From positions 341,621-405,620 of the forward strand of contig CAZYIA010000001.1 in NCBI GenBank assembly GCA_964646765.1: DNA of 64,000 nt, written 5' to 3'. Positions within the stretch are counted from its first letter, which is position 1; each line of letters opens with the position of its first letter. This DNA comes from an uncultured Candidatus Saccharibacteria bacterium (GTDB lineage Bacteria > Patescibacteriota > Minisyncoccia > Phycocordibacterales > UBA9973). The notes under the pieces were generated by a model. That model saw nothing but the letters and a program-made list of their open reading frames with translations. It made no database searches and was not told where the DNA came from. Both the position numbers and the translations under genes were made by a program. Positions 1 through 8,374 of the stretch are shown here, one piece after another.

Positions 1-1
1 A

Positions 2-466
2 TATGGTGTGGCTGCTCACTTTGCGTACAAGGAACGAATTAAAATCGACAAAAAATCTGACCAGTACGCCTGGATCGAACAACTTAAAAACACTCAGGAA
101 GGAATTATTGATACCGAAGAATTTTTCAGCTCACTCAAGATGGATTTTTTTAAAAACCGAGTATTCGTGTTTACCCCACTTGGAGACGTTATCGACCTTC
201 CTGAAGGTGCTTCGGTGCTCGACTTTGCCTACAGCGTTCACTCTGATATCGGCAACCACGCAAATGGGGCAAAAGTGAACGGAAAATTTGTTGCTCTCGA
301 CACCAAACTTCATAATGGCGATATTTGTGAAATCACAGTCCAAAAAACCGCCAAGCCTTCTTCAAAATGGCTCGATTTCGTAAAAACCTCTATTGCTCGA
401 AACCGCATAAAACAAGCACTTAAGGGTAAGTCACTTGCTGATAAATTTCGCGACTTTCTTCGTTAA
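2..466 (+). CDS. relA: RelA/SpoT family (p)ppGpp synthetase/hydrolase, 3' part (TGS domain); 5' end outside window
   Basis: AAHFAYKE, VFVFTPLGDVIDLPEGASVLDFAYSVHSDIG (TGS), WLDFVKTSIARNRIKQ; ends without an ACT domain. Confidence 0.9.
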   Translation, partial: YGVAAHFAYKERIKIDKKSDQYAWIEQLKNTQEGIIDTEEFFSSLKMDFFKNRVFVFTPLGDVIDLPEGASVLDFAYSVHSDIGNHANGAKVNGKFVALDTKLHNGDICEITVQKTAKPSSKWLDFVKTSIARNRIKQALKGKSLADKFRDFLR

Positions 467-1500
467 AGAGAAAAGTTCTTAATGTTGTAGAGATCGGTGT
501 CTTCTTCTGACTGTTTCTTTTCTTCAGCTGAACGATCATCGAGTGCCACTTCCGAAATAGCCTCTGCTACTGGTAGCGATGCCGACTGTTCACCAATAGT
601 TTCTTCCTTTTGAGGTGCCGCTGGTGTAACTGTAGCTTCATATTTTGCCATCAAGTTGACATCACCCACTTTCTCACGATTAGCCTCCATAAGCGTCACG
701 AGAGTTGAAAGATCGTCGTTTGAGAAGAAGTCGATAGTAATTGAACCACCAGTTTCGCGCTTTTCTACATGTACTCGTGTACCAAGCGTTTCTTGCAATT
801 TACGTTCTACTTCCAGAACTTCTGGATCAACGACATATTCTTTCTTACGTACTTTATCAGTAGCAATGCGACGAGAAATGCGTTCTGCTTCACGAACACT
901 AATCTTCTTATAGAGAATTTCTTTAAACAAAACTAGTTGCTCTTCTGGTCGATCCCCAAGCATCATAAGAGGACGAGTGTGACCTTCAGTGATTTTTCCT
1001 TCAGATAGAGCATTGAGAATTTCTTCTGGAAGTTGCAGTAAGCGAAGTGTGTTTGCCACATACTCACGACTCTTCCCTACTTTTTTACCAATTTCAGCAT
1101 GAGTGAAATGAAACTCATCAACGAAGCGAAGAAATGCTCGAGCACGTTCAACAGGATTAAGGTCTTCACGTTGGAGGTTTTCAATAATGGCGAGCTCAAG
1201 TTTAGCCATTGCATCATCACCGGTTCGTATGATAACTGGAACTTGAACGAGCCCTGCAAGTTTTGAAGCACGCAAACGACGTTCACCAGCAATCAATTCA
1301 TATTCAGTAACAAGACCACCATCTTCTTTGACTCGCTCAACACGAGAAACAACCAGTGGCTGAAGCACCCCATACTGACGAATTGATTCTGCAAGATCAC
1401 GAAGTGGGCCTTCTTGGAATTCGCGGCGTGGCTGGTAAGGATTTGCCTTGATTTTGTCGGTTTCGACAAAGAAAATTGAGTTGGAGTACAGATTCGACAT
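463..1500 (-). CDS. parB: ParB/Spo0J chromosome partitioning protein
   Basis: NPYQPRR, LIAGERRLRA, ENLQREDLNPVE, HTH SREYVANTLRLL. Confidence 0.95.
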   Translation of the reverse strand: MSNLYSNSIFFVETDKIKANPYQPRREFQEGPLRDLAESIRQYGVLQPLVVSRVERVKEDGGLVTEYELIAGERRLRASKLAGLVQVPVIIRTGDDAMAKLELAIIENLQREDLNPVERARAFLRFVDEFHFTHAEIGKKVGKSREYVANTLRLLQLPEEILNALSEGKITEGHTRPLMMLGDRPEEQLVLFKEILYKKISVREAERISRRIATDKVRKKEYVVDPEVLEVERKLQETLGTRVHVEKRETGGSITIDFFSNDDLSTLVTLMEANREKVGDVNLMAKYEATVTPAAPQKEETIGEQSASLPVAEAISEVALDDRSAEEKKQSEEDTDLYNIKNFSL

Positions 1501-1573
1501 GGGGCGATTGTAGCATATTTATCAAATGAGAAAAATTGTTATTTTTTCTATTTTCAGTAGAATAATGCTACTT

Positions 1574-1656
1574 GCCCAGGTGGCGGAATGGTAGACGCGA
1601 TGGACTCAAAATCCATTGATGGCAACATCATGAGAGTTCGAGTCTCTCCCTGGGCA
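1574..1656 (+). tRNA. tRNA-Leu(CAA)
   Basis: GCCCAGG/CCTGGGC acceptor stem, anticodon arm ATGGA-CTCAAAA-TCCAT, long variable arm, GTTCGAGTC T-loop. Confidence 0.95.
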
Positions 1657-1659
1657 CAT

Positions 1660-2091
1660 ATGGAAAAGGATACTAATGTGCATTCCCACCTGGGAGTATA
1701 TGCTCGTATTTTTCGAGATGGAGATAAAAATGAACTCTTGGTTATAAAAAAAATAAGAGGTCCATATACAGGATTGTACGACTTGCCAGGTGGTAGTTTA
1801 GAGCCCGAGGAACTAATTGAAGAAGCTTTAAGACGAGAAATTTACGAAGAAACTGGCTGCGAGATTTTAACTCAGGAACAATTAGGTAGTGGGAGTATTC
1901 GCTACAAATACAAAAATAACGACACTCAATCAGTACTGAGACATATCGGTATATTTTTTGAGGTAAAAATAAAAGGTACTCCTAAAGAAGATACAGACAA
2001 CCAAGATAGCGGTGGTTGTATTTGGATTCCAATAGAGAGACTCACAAAAGAAACCGCCACACCGTTCGTACTTGAAATACTTACTAAATGA
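1660..2091 (+). CDS. NUDIX hydrolase
   Basis: Nudix box GGSLEPEELIEEALRREIYEETG; start moved to ATG 1660 because the track start lies inside the tRNA. Confidence 0.9.
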   Translation: MEKDTNVHSHLGVYARIFRDGDKNELLVIKKIRGPYTGLYDLPGGSLEPEELIEEALRREIYEETGCEILTQEQLGSGSIRYKYKNNDTQSVLRHIGIFFEVKIKGTPKEDTDNQDSGGCIWIPIERLTKETATPFVLEILTK

Positions 2092-2999
2092 ATTTAGCTA
2101 GAAAACCAAAACTCATCGCCATTGTTGGCCAAACGGCAACAGGCAAAACAGCTCTTGCAATAAAGCTTGCAAAAAAAATTAATGGCGAGATTATTTCGGC
2201 TGACTCACGCCAACTATATAAAGGTTTAAGACTGCTATCGGGCCAACCAACCAAAAAAGAAATGAGTGATATTCCCCATCATCTTCTGGGTACTGAAAAC
2301 CCAAAGAGGATTTTTTCGGTCGCCTTGTATCAAAAGAAAGCGTACAAAATAATCGACGATATTATTGCTCGCGGCAAAGTTCCAATCCTCGTTGGCGGAA
2401 CAGGCCTTTATATTGATGCAATTGTGAAAGGCACCGTACTTCCAGACGTTCCTCCGAATCCTAGACTTCGTCAAAAACTCCAAAATAAATCTAATTCTGA
2501 ACTTTTCTCTATTTTACAAAAACTTGACCCGCGACGAGCAAATGAAATTGACCATCATAACCCCGTTCGTTTACTGCGAGCGATTGAAATAGCGCAAGCT
2601 ATCGGCAAGGTACCTGAAGAAAAGTATGAACCGAGATATAACGTACTCAGTGTTGGTGTCACCATTCCTGAAAAAATACTTTCGGCAAAAATAAAAAAAC
2701 GTATTAGCGAACGACTACAGAAAGGTATGCTTCGAGAAGGAGCGAGACTACACAAAAATGGACTTTCGTATAAACGACTTGAAGCCCTTGGTTTAGAGTG
2801 TCGCTTTACCTCACTATTCCTACAGAAGAAAATAACTAGGAGCGAGTTTGAGAAAGAACTTTTTACAGCAACTCTCCAATACGCCAAACGCCAAAAAACT
2901 TGGTTTAAAAAAGGAACAACTATCTGGATTCCACCAAAAACCTCAGTTCTTCTTCCGATGGTACTTAATTTTCTCTTCAAAAATCTTTCTGTCTTCTAG
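2088..2999 (+). CDS. miaA: tRNA dimethylallyltransferase
   Basis: GQTATGKT, ISADSRQLY, VGGTGLY, YAKRQKTWF. Confidence 0.95.
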   Translation: MNLARKPKLIAIVGQTATGKTALAIKLAKKINGEIISADSRQLYKGLRLLSGQPTKKEMSDIPHHLLGTENPKRIFSVALYQKKAYKIIDDIIARGKVPILVGGTGLYIDAIVKGTVLPDVPPNPRLRQKLQNKSNSELFSILQKLDPRRANEIDHHNPVRLLRAIEIAQAIGKVPEEKYEPRYNVLSVGVTIPEKILSAKIKKRISERLQKGMLREGARLHKNGLSYKRLEALGLECRFTSLFLQKKITRSEFEKELFTATLQYAKRQKTWFKKGTTIWIPPKTSVLLPMVLNFLFKNLSVF

Positions 3000-3680
3000 A
3001 TCGGCGCGAGCACGAGTAAGCATTTCGCTTACGGTATTTGGCTTCACCCGCGCGAGAACGATAGGATACGCAAGAAAAATAACTTTTCCAAACTGCGCGA
3101 TTCGATTTGAGAGAAAATTATCTTCGAGCCAGTAAGTTAACCCGGAAGATTCTTTTAGTCGAAAGAGTTCTTCGAAACCACCAACTTTTTCGTATGCACT
3201 TCGGCGTACAGCAAAACTGGGACCCCAAAATTCCGGATCACGTTTGATACAATTTTTATTCCAAAGGAGAATTTGCGCGATAGTTGATGCAGGCACAATA
3301 AGCGCATTACCAGTGTAGATAACCGGAGAACCTACACCAACAACTTCTTGGTCTTCAAACTCCTTAGTTAGAGCTTCTACCCAATTTGAAGGCACAACAG
3401 CGTCACCATCGGTTGAAAGAATGATATCGCCCGTAACCCGAAGAAACCCTTCGGCTCGGGCATAGGCGGTACCTTTCGGACCATTATATTCATCAAGAGT
3501 AAGCCAAGGAAACTTTTTAGCGATCTCCACGGTTTTATCGGTACAGTTATGAGCTACCAGCACAACTTCGTTAGGTTTTTGTGTTTGCTGTTCAATTGAC
3601 CGCAGACACCGCTCAATCAGCTTTTCTTCATTGTGGGCAATCAGAAATACAGATACCTTTGGTATAGTTGGCGTTACCAT
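2943..3680 (-). CDS. Glycosyltransferase family 2
   Basis: VSVFLIAHNEEKLIERCLRSI, DGD motif, VGGF...EDN; ATG 3680 has a TATACT -10 box 6 nt upstream. Confidence 0.85.
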   Translation of the reverse strand: MVTPTIPKVSVFLIAHNEEKLIERCLRSIEQQTQKPNEVVLVAHNCTDKTVEIAKKFPWLTLDEYNGPKGTAYARAEGFLRVTGDIILSTDGDAVVPSNWVEALTKEFEDQEVVGVGSPVIYTGNALIVPASTIAQILLWNKNCIKRDPEFWGPSFAVRRSAYEKVGGFEELFRLKESSGLTYWLEDNFLSNRIAQFGKVIFLAYPIVLARVKPNTVSEMLTRARADLEDRKIFEEKIKYHRKKN

Positions 3681-3709
3681 CACAATAGTATATACTCTCG
3701 ACGACATTT

Positions 3710-3780
3710 GGGCGATTAGTTTAGTGGTAGAACAACGGTCTCCAAAACCGTTGGCGGAAGTTCGATTCTTCCATCGCCCG
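3710..3780 (+). tRNA. tRNA-Trp(CCA)
   Basis: GGGCGAT/ATCGCCC acceptor, ACGGT-CTCCAAA-ACCGT anticodon arm, GTTCGATTC. Confidence 0.95.
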
Positions 3781-3930
3781 CGATAGTGAGCCAACTGCTT
3801 GGCTCACGTGGAAGGATCGAAAGGCTTTTCCATACGAGGCTCTGCGAGGCGGAAAAGCACCTGCTGGTGTAATCGACGATTCTCCTCGCCCGCACAAAAT
3901 AGAAAAAGCCCCTCTCAGGGCTCTTTCTTG
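3781..3930 (+). repeat. tRNA-Trp-matched structured element (hairpin, antisense T-arm copy, sense 3'-end copy, terminator-like hairpin)
   Basis: GTGAGCC-AACTGCTT-GGCTCAC 3786-3807; GTGGAAGGATCGAA 3808-3821 antisense to the T-arm; CGATTCTCCTCGCCCGC 3877-3893 repeats the tRNA 3' end. Confidence 0.75.
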
Positions 3931-3935
3931 TAGCT

Positions 3936-4097
3936 TTATTTTGATTGCTTGAAAACCACGTGCTTGCGGAGCTTTGGAGAGTACTTTTTGAGTTCAAGCT
4001 TGCGCTGAATACCTTTCTTACTCTTCTTTGGCTTCTTAGTATAGAGGGTTTCCTTGCTCTCTTTACTGGTGATTTTGATGACGTTATCTTGAGACAT
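3936..4097 (-). CDS. rpmG: 50S ribosomal protein L33, cysteine-free form (53 aa, missed by ORF track)
   Basis: Manual translation MSQDNVIKITSKESKETLYTKKPKKSKKGIQRKLELKKYSPKLRKHVVFKQSK; LELKKYxPxxRKHxxFK motif. Confidence 0.9.
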   Translation of the reverse strand: MSQDNVIKITSKESKETLYTKKPKKSKKGIQRKLELKKYSPKLRKHVVFKQSK

Positions 4098-4117
4098 GGA
4101 AGGAATGTAACACACTT

Positions 4118-5140
4118 TTAGAGCCTTCGCAAGCGATTACGAACGTACTCGATAATAAAGTTTTTCACATATGCGAGCGGGCGAATCACCAAGTCGTGCG
4201 CATGAAGATACGCAAAGTCTTTTCCGCCAAATCCTCGTTTAAAAATCGAAATTGGGTAAAAACGATGCTTGATTTGCCCAAGAGGAGCGACACCCCAGAA
4301 GTTGTGCACTTTGATTCCACGACGCTTTGCCTCTCGTATTGCTTCCCATTGGATCATGTACGCTCCTGGATGCTTACGGCCCGCCTCGGTACTTGCACCA
4401 TAATGATATGCAGATTCAGTGCCATAAAAAATAATAAAAGCGTAAGCTAAAACATCACTTCCAAGTGTTGCTGTATAGAGCACTGCATGGCCACTCTCGG
4501 TAAAAATTTTGAATTGCTCATGTAAAAATTCGTAGCTAAACGGCACAAAGCCTTGGCGTTTTGCCGTCTCACATTGCACATCATAAAACGGACGAATAGC
4601 ATTAGGGTCAGTTGTTTGCGATACGGTAATTCCCTCTTTGATACCTTTTCTAATTTCTGCTCGAGTTTGCTTACGCATGTTCGCCATCAAAGCCTCTTCA
4701 TCAAGCGTAATATCGAGCTGTGAAGTAAGTTCAGCGTGTAAATGCGATGGAGCTCCTCGGAAACCAAGACGAGAGAAGAGTGCTCTCGTTTCTGACGTAT
4801 CTTCAATTTGTGGTCTGACGCGAACAAATGCGGCCTGCTCTTTGTGAGCGACCTCTTTCATAGTCGCAAGAATAGCAGCAACAACCTGATCATTATGCCA
4901 ATCAATAATTGGCCCCGCGGGAACCGTTACATAGATTGCCCGACGGGACTTCTCAACCACAAGAAGCATGACACCCACAAGCTTTTCGTTATCATAAAAA
5001 CCAAATCGATGAATGGATTTTTTTAGTGCCTTATGAAACTCACCCCAGTACCACGAATGCAAGAAGTTGGCTTCAGGCCGCGTAGTAAGAAATGTTTCCC
5101 ATTCTGCCTTATTGATTATTTCTTTTGAGAGGATTGCCAT
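4118..5140 (-). CDS. FemAB/FemX family peptidoglycan bridge aminoacyltransferase
   Basis: NFLHSWYWGEF, MRKQTRAEIRKG, YHYGAS, QWEAIREAKRRG, NFWGV, FKRGFGG. Confidence 0.9.
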   Translation of the reverse strand: MAILSKEIINKAEWETFLTTRPEANFLHSWYWGEFHKALKKSIHRFGFYDNEKLVGVMLLVVEKSRRAIYVTVPAGPIIDWHNDQVVAAILATMKEVAHKEQAAFVRVRPQIEDTSETRALFSRLGFRGAPSHLHAELTSQLDITLDEEALMANMRKQTRAEIRKGIKEGITVSQTTDPNAIRPFYDVQCETAKRQGFVPFSYEFLHEQFKIFTESGHAVLYTATLGSDVLAYAFIIFYGTESAYHYGASTEAGRKHPGAYMIQWEAIREAKRRGIKVHNFWGVAPLGQIKHRFYPISIFKRGFGGKDFAYLHAHDLVIRPLAYVKNFIIEYVRNRLRRL

Positions 5141-6294
5141 GTCGTTACGTATTTGCTGATATACTCTGCGATTTCTGGAGTAATTCCTATGTGCGTCGGC
5201 AGGTTCATGCTCTTTGTCGCTAACTGCCGCGCCCCAAGGGCTGTGTGGCCTTGATCAAACGCGGCCCAGAATCGTTTCGGCGAAACAGGGACATCATACC
5301 AGATATCAGAAAGATAGATGTTTTGTGAATGAAGATAAGCAACGAGAGCACCACGGTTGTCAATGACAAGCGGAAAACGTAGGCACGTAGAAAATGGAGT
5401 GAGAGGATTAGAACCAAAATACTTTTCATATACACCAGCAATTGTTCGACGATGTTTAAGCTGTGCCTGTAGCTCATTGAATCGCAATAAAACTAATCCC
5501 GCATACCAACCTGGCAACCCTTGGACTGGAGATTTTTCTAGTGTCGCAACCGGTTTTGGAAATAAACCGATGAGTGCAAAAAAACGGTGAAGTATTTTAC
5601 CGAGACCAAATGAATATGTTTGACGAACTAAAAGCGTAACTAGAGGATATAAACGGTCACGCAATTGTTGCTTAAAGGATACAGAAGTAAAAACAGGAGG
5701 TTCTAGGGTGAACTTTGTATTTCGAATAACTAGCGCTCCCCCGGAAACCGCATCGAGAATTTTATCTTGAGAAAATGAAAATACGACGCAGTCGCCAACC
5801 GTACCCATGACTTTTCCATTTACATATGTTCCCCCAACACTGTGAGCAATATCCTCAATGAGCACAAGATTTTTCTCAGCGCAGATTTTCTGAATTGGCT
5901 CAATATCGGCAGGATATCCCAACGTATTTTGGATAATAACAGCTTTGGCATCTGGATGAACTACGAGAACGTTAGCAAGTTCTTGAGCGGAAAAGTTAAC
6001 GTTTGGAGCGGTAATATCAACATACACTGGCACAAGCCCTGCATGCGAAACAGCAATAACTACTGCGGCACAAGTATACCCGGAGACAATAACTTTTGAC
6101 TGCGGCGGCAACTTTGCCGCAAGGAGTGCGAGCGTTAGAGCTTCACGGCCTTTATAGGTAAGATACGCTCTACCCCCATACTCTCGCTCTAAATATGCAC
6201 TAAGCATTTCCTTATTATTTTCAGCACGCGCAAAAAACGTTTGCCAGGCAAACTGCCACGTATAATTTGATCCAATTGAATTAAAAACCACCAT
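5116..6294 (-). CDS. DegT/DnrJ/EryC1/StrS PLP-dependent aminotransferase
   Basis: GLVPVYVDI, LIEDIAHSVG, FSFSQDK (PLP lysine), NLPTH. Confidence 0.85.
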   Translation of the reverse strand: MVVFNSIGSNYTWQFAWQTFFARAENNKEMLSAYLEREYGGRAYLTYKGREALTLALLAAKLPPQSKVIVSGYTCAAVVIAVSHAGLVPVYVDITAPNVNFSAQELANVLVVHPDAKAVIIQNTLGYPADIEPIQKICAEKNLVLIEDIAHSVGGTYVNGKVMGTVGDCVVFSFSQDKILDAVSGGALVIRNTKFTLEPPVFTSVSFKQQLRDRLYPLVTLLVRQTYSFGLGKILHRFFALIGLFPKPVATLEKSPVQGLPGWYAGLVLLRFNELQAQLKHRRTIAGVYEKYFGSNPLTPFSTCLRFPLVIDNRGALVAYLHSQNIYLSDIWYDVPVSPKRFWAAFDQGHTALGARQLATKSMNLPTHIGITPEIAEYISKYVTTWQSSQKK

Positions 6295-7000
6295 GACTGA
6301 GAAATGATTGTACCTGATTAAAAACTTCTTGTGGATGCGTTACATGCGGAGAATGTCGTGCACCGTCAATAATTACAAGTTGGGAGTTCGCAATTCCCTC
6401 CTTAAAACGGTATCCATCGGAAAGTGGAGTGGAACCGTCATTCTTACCCCAAATAAGTAACGTGGGTGCTGTAATGGCTTGAAACACCGGAGCGAGGTCA
6501 ACACTGATCAGATTCGCCATGGTTTTACGCATTACTGGCGTAGCTTTTTCGTAATCGTGCTCGCGAGCCAGTTTATAGAGAATACGGCGCAAAAATTCGA
6601 TGCTGCCCAACAGCTTGCCGACACTCGCCAGAGTGCCAAAGATTGCACGCTTCAGACGAATGCGGAAGTCGTTGTGATATATACCCGCCGCTCCAATCAG
6701 TATAAGCGCGCGAACTTTTTCGGGATATCGGCTGGCAAACAATGTACTAATTCTTCCTCCGTTGGAGTGTCCCAACAGAATCACTGGTTCCGTTTCGTCT
6801 TTCAACGTATCTTTGAGCCACACAACATAATCATCGAGCGTCCACGGCCGATCAATTGGTGCGGTAAGTCCGGGCACCGAAAGAAGTACTGGCGTATACC
6901 CCGCTTTCGTAAGAAGTTCATAAAACTCTTTCCAGCCACTCGTGTCATAAAGCCAGCCATGTACGATATAGATTTTTTTTGTTTTTTCTAAAGCCCCCAT
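6281..7000 (-). CDS. Alpha/beta hydrolase
   Basis: VHGW, GHSNGG nucleophile elbow, WGKND, ARHSPH. Confidence 0.9.
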   Translation of the reverse strand: MGALEKTKKIYIVHGWLYDTSGWKEFYELLTKAGYTPVLLSVPGLTAPIDRPWTLDDYVVWLKDTLKDETEPVILLGHSNGGRISTLFASRYPEKVRALILIGAAGIYHNDFRIRLKRAIFGTLASVGKLLGSIEFLRRILYKLAREHDYEKATPVMRKTMANLISVDLAPVFQAITAPTLLIWGKNDGSTPLSDGYRFKEGIANSQLVIIDGARHSPHVTHPQEVFNQVQSFLSHGGF

Positions 7001-8253
7001 TGTGCTCGACGATCATCCCAAATCTTTCCGCGACGGCAGAGAAGATTTCGATCGTTTGTATTATACAAAAGATGTTCGATCACACCTTCAAGAAACCGGG
7101 CTCCTTTAAATAAAAGTGCTTCACCTCCCTGAATGTTTTTTTTGAGATACTCTAACGCTTCTTTTGGCGTTTCAAATGAGACTATATCTTTCGCGAAATC
7201 TGATTTAAAAAGTATTGGGTAGGTATACTCATGCAGCCGTGGTCCAACGAGCACAACGCGCTCAGGTGCAAAAGCAATGATATGCTGGGCGAGTTTTTCA
7301 TGCTCTTCGCGCTCATAGGCACCGAGCTCAATCATGTCGCCCAACACCAGCCACTTATGTTCGGCTGGATACTCTTTAAACAGAGTAAGCATGGCAACCA
7401 TACTCTTAAGCGACGCATTGTATGAACTATCGATAATGGTAAGGCCGTTAATTCCTTGTAGAATTGTCCCTCGAGACGGCGGCAAGTGGAAACCTGGAAA
7501 TGACGGATTGAAAATAATTCCTAACTCGCTGCAAAGTAATTTCGTCATACAAACAGCTACTGCGACTTCTTTCGGTACCAGCGCCGGAACTTGTATTGTT
7601 TCCCCATCTTTAAATATGAAATGAGTTTCAGATTTTGTGAGCTGATAGGAAGAAAGTTCTTCGCTTGGTCGCATCTCAATAACTTTTTTTGCTTTGGTCC
7701 GAGAAAGTTCTCCAATGATTTCTGGAACATCCCCATTCACCAACACTAGATCTTGTGTTTTTTCTATAAAATATCCAAACTCATGCGCAGTTGCTTGCTC
7801 GATAGTCTCACCTTGTTTTGATACAAAATTGCGACTATGTGTTCTACTCAAACTTCCCCACAAAGTTATGTGTGGACGAAGCAGCTCTGCAAGAAATTGA
7901 CCTTCTCGCGGTCGCTCACAGTCAGCTTCAACAACATATATTTTTTCTTCAGGAAGTTTTGTAAAAAGTTGGAAAGGTGCACGAATGAAAAAAATCGGCC
8001 ATTCGATGAGGCTAAATGATTTTCGTTCCAATCCTAAAATATGAAATGGAATGCCAAAAGCGCTATTGGCATGATGAGAATAGATCGCCTTACCGCCAAA
8101 TTGCGTTTCCACCATATGGAGCAAGGTTGTTTTGCCAGAAGAGCCAGTAATGACAATGATTTTGGGCTGCCAATGGCGAAGTCGAATTGCAGCAAAAAAA
8201 CGGAAATATCCGGCAACAAAAAAATAGAAAAACCGCTTTAGCCTCGAAACCAT
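6988..8253 (-). CDS. murF: UDP-N-acetylmuramoyl-tripeptide--D-Ala-D-Ala ligase
   Basis: ITGSSGKTT, IIDSSYNAS, VLGDMIELG, LFKGAR. Confidence 0.85.
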   Translation of the reverse strand: MVSRLKRFFYFFVAGYFRFFAAIRLRHWQPKIIVITGSSGKTTLLHMVETQFGGKAIYSHHANSAFGIPFHILGLERKSFSLIEWPIFFIRAPFQLFTKLPEEKIYVVEADCERPREGQFLAELLRPHITLWGSLSRTHSRNFVSKQGETIEQATAHEFGYFIEKTQDLVLVNGDVPEIIGELSRTKAKKVIEMRPSEELSSYQLTKSETHFIFKDGETIQVPALVPKEVAVAVCMTKLLCSELGIIFNPSFPGFHLPPSRGTILQGINGLTIIDSSYNASLKSMVAMLTLFKEYPAEHKWLVLGDMIELGAYEREEHEKLAQHIIAFAPERVVLVGPRLHEYTYPILFKSDFAKDIVSFETPKEALEYLKKNIQGGEALLFKGARFLEGVIEHLLYNTNDRNLLCRRGKIWDDRRAQWGL

Positions 8254-8295
8254 AGAGACATCCTAGCATGAAATGCTATACAATGATGCGCACTG

Positions 8296-8367
8296 GCTTC
8301 CGTAGTTGAATGGATACAATATCTCCCTCCGAAGGAGGAGGTCCCGGTTCGATTCCGGGCGGAAGCA
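8296..8367 (+). tRNA. tRNA-Arg(CCG)
   Basis: GCTTCCG/CGGAAGC acceptor, TCTCC-CTCCGAA-GGAGG anticodon arm, GTTCGATTC. Confidence 0.93.
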
Positions 8368-8374
8368 CTCGGAT

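Noticed and set aside
1588-1659. ORF-track N-terminal extensions of NUDIX, GT2 (3681-3794) and rpsA (38283-38348)
   Set aside because: They overlap tRNAs or a structured leader; downstream ATGs fit better
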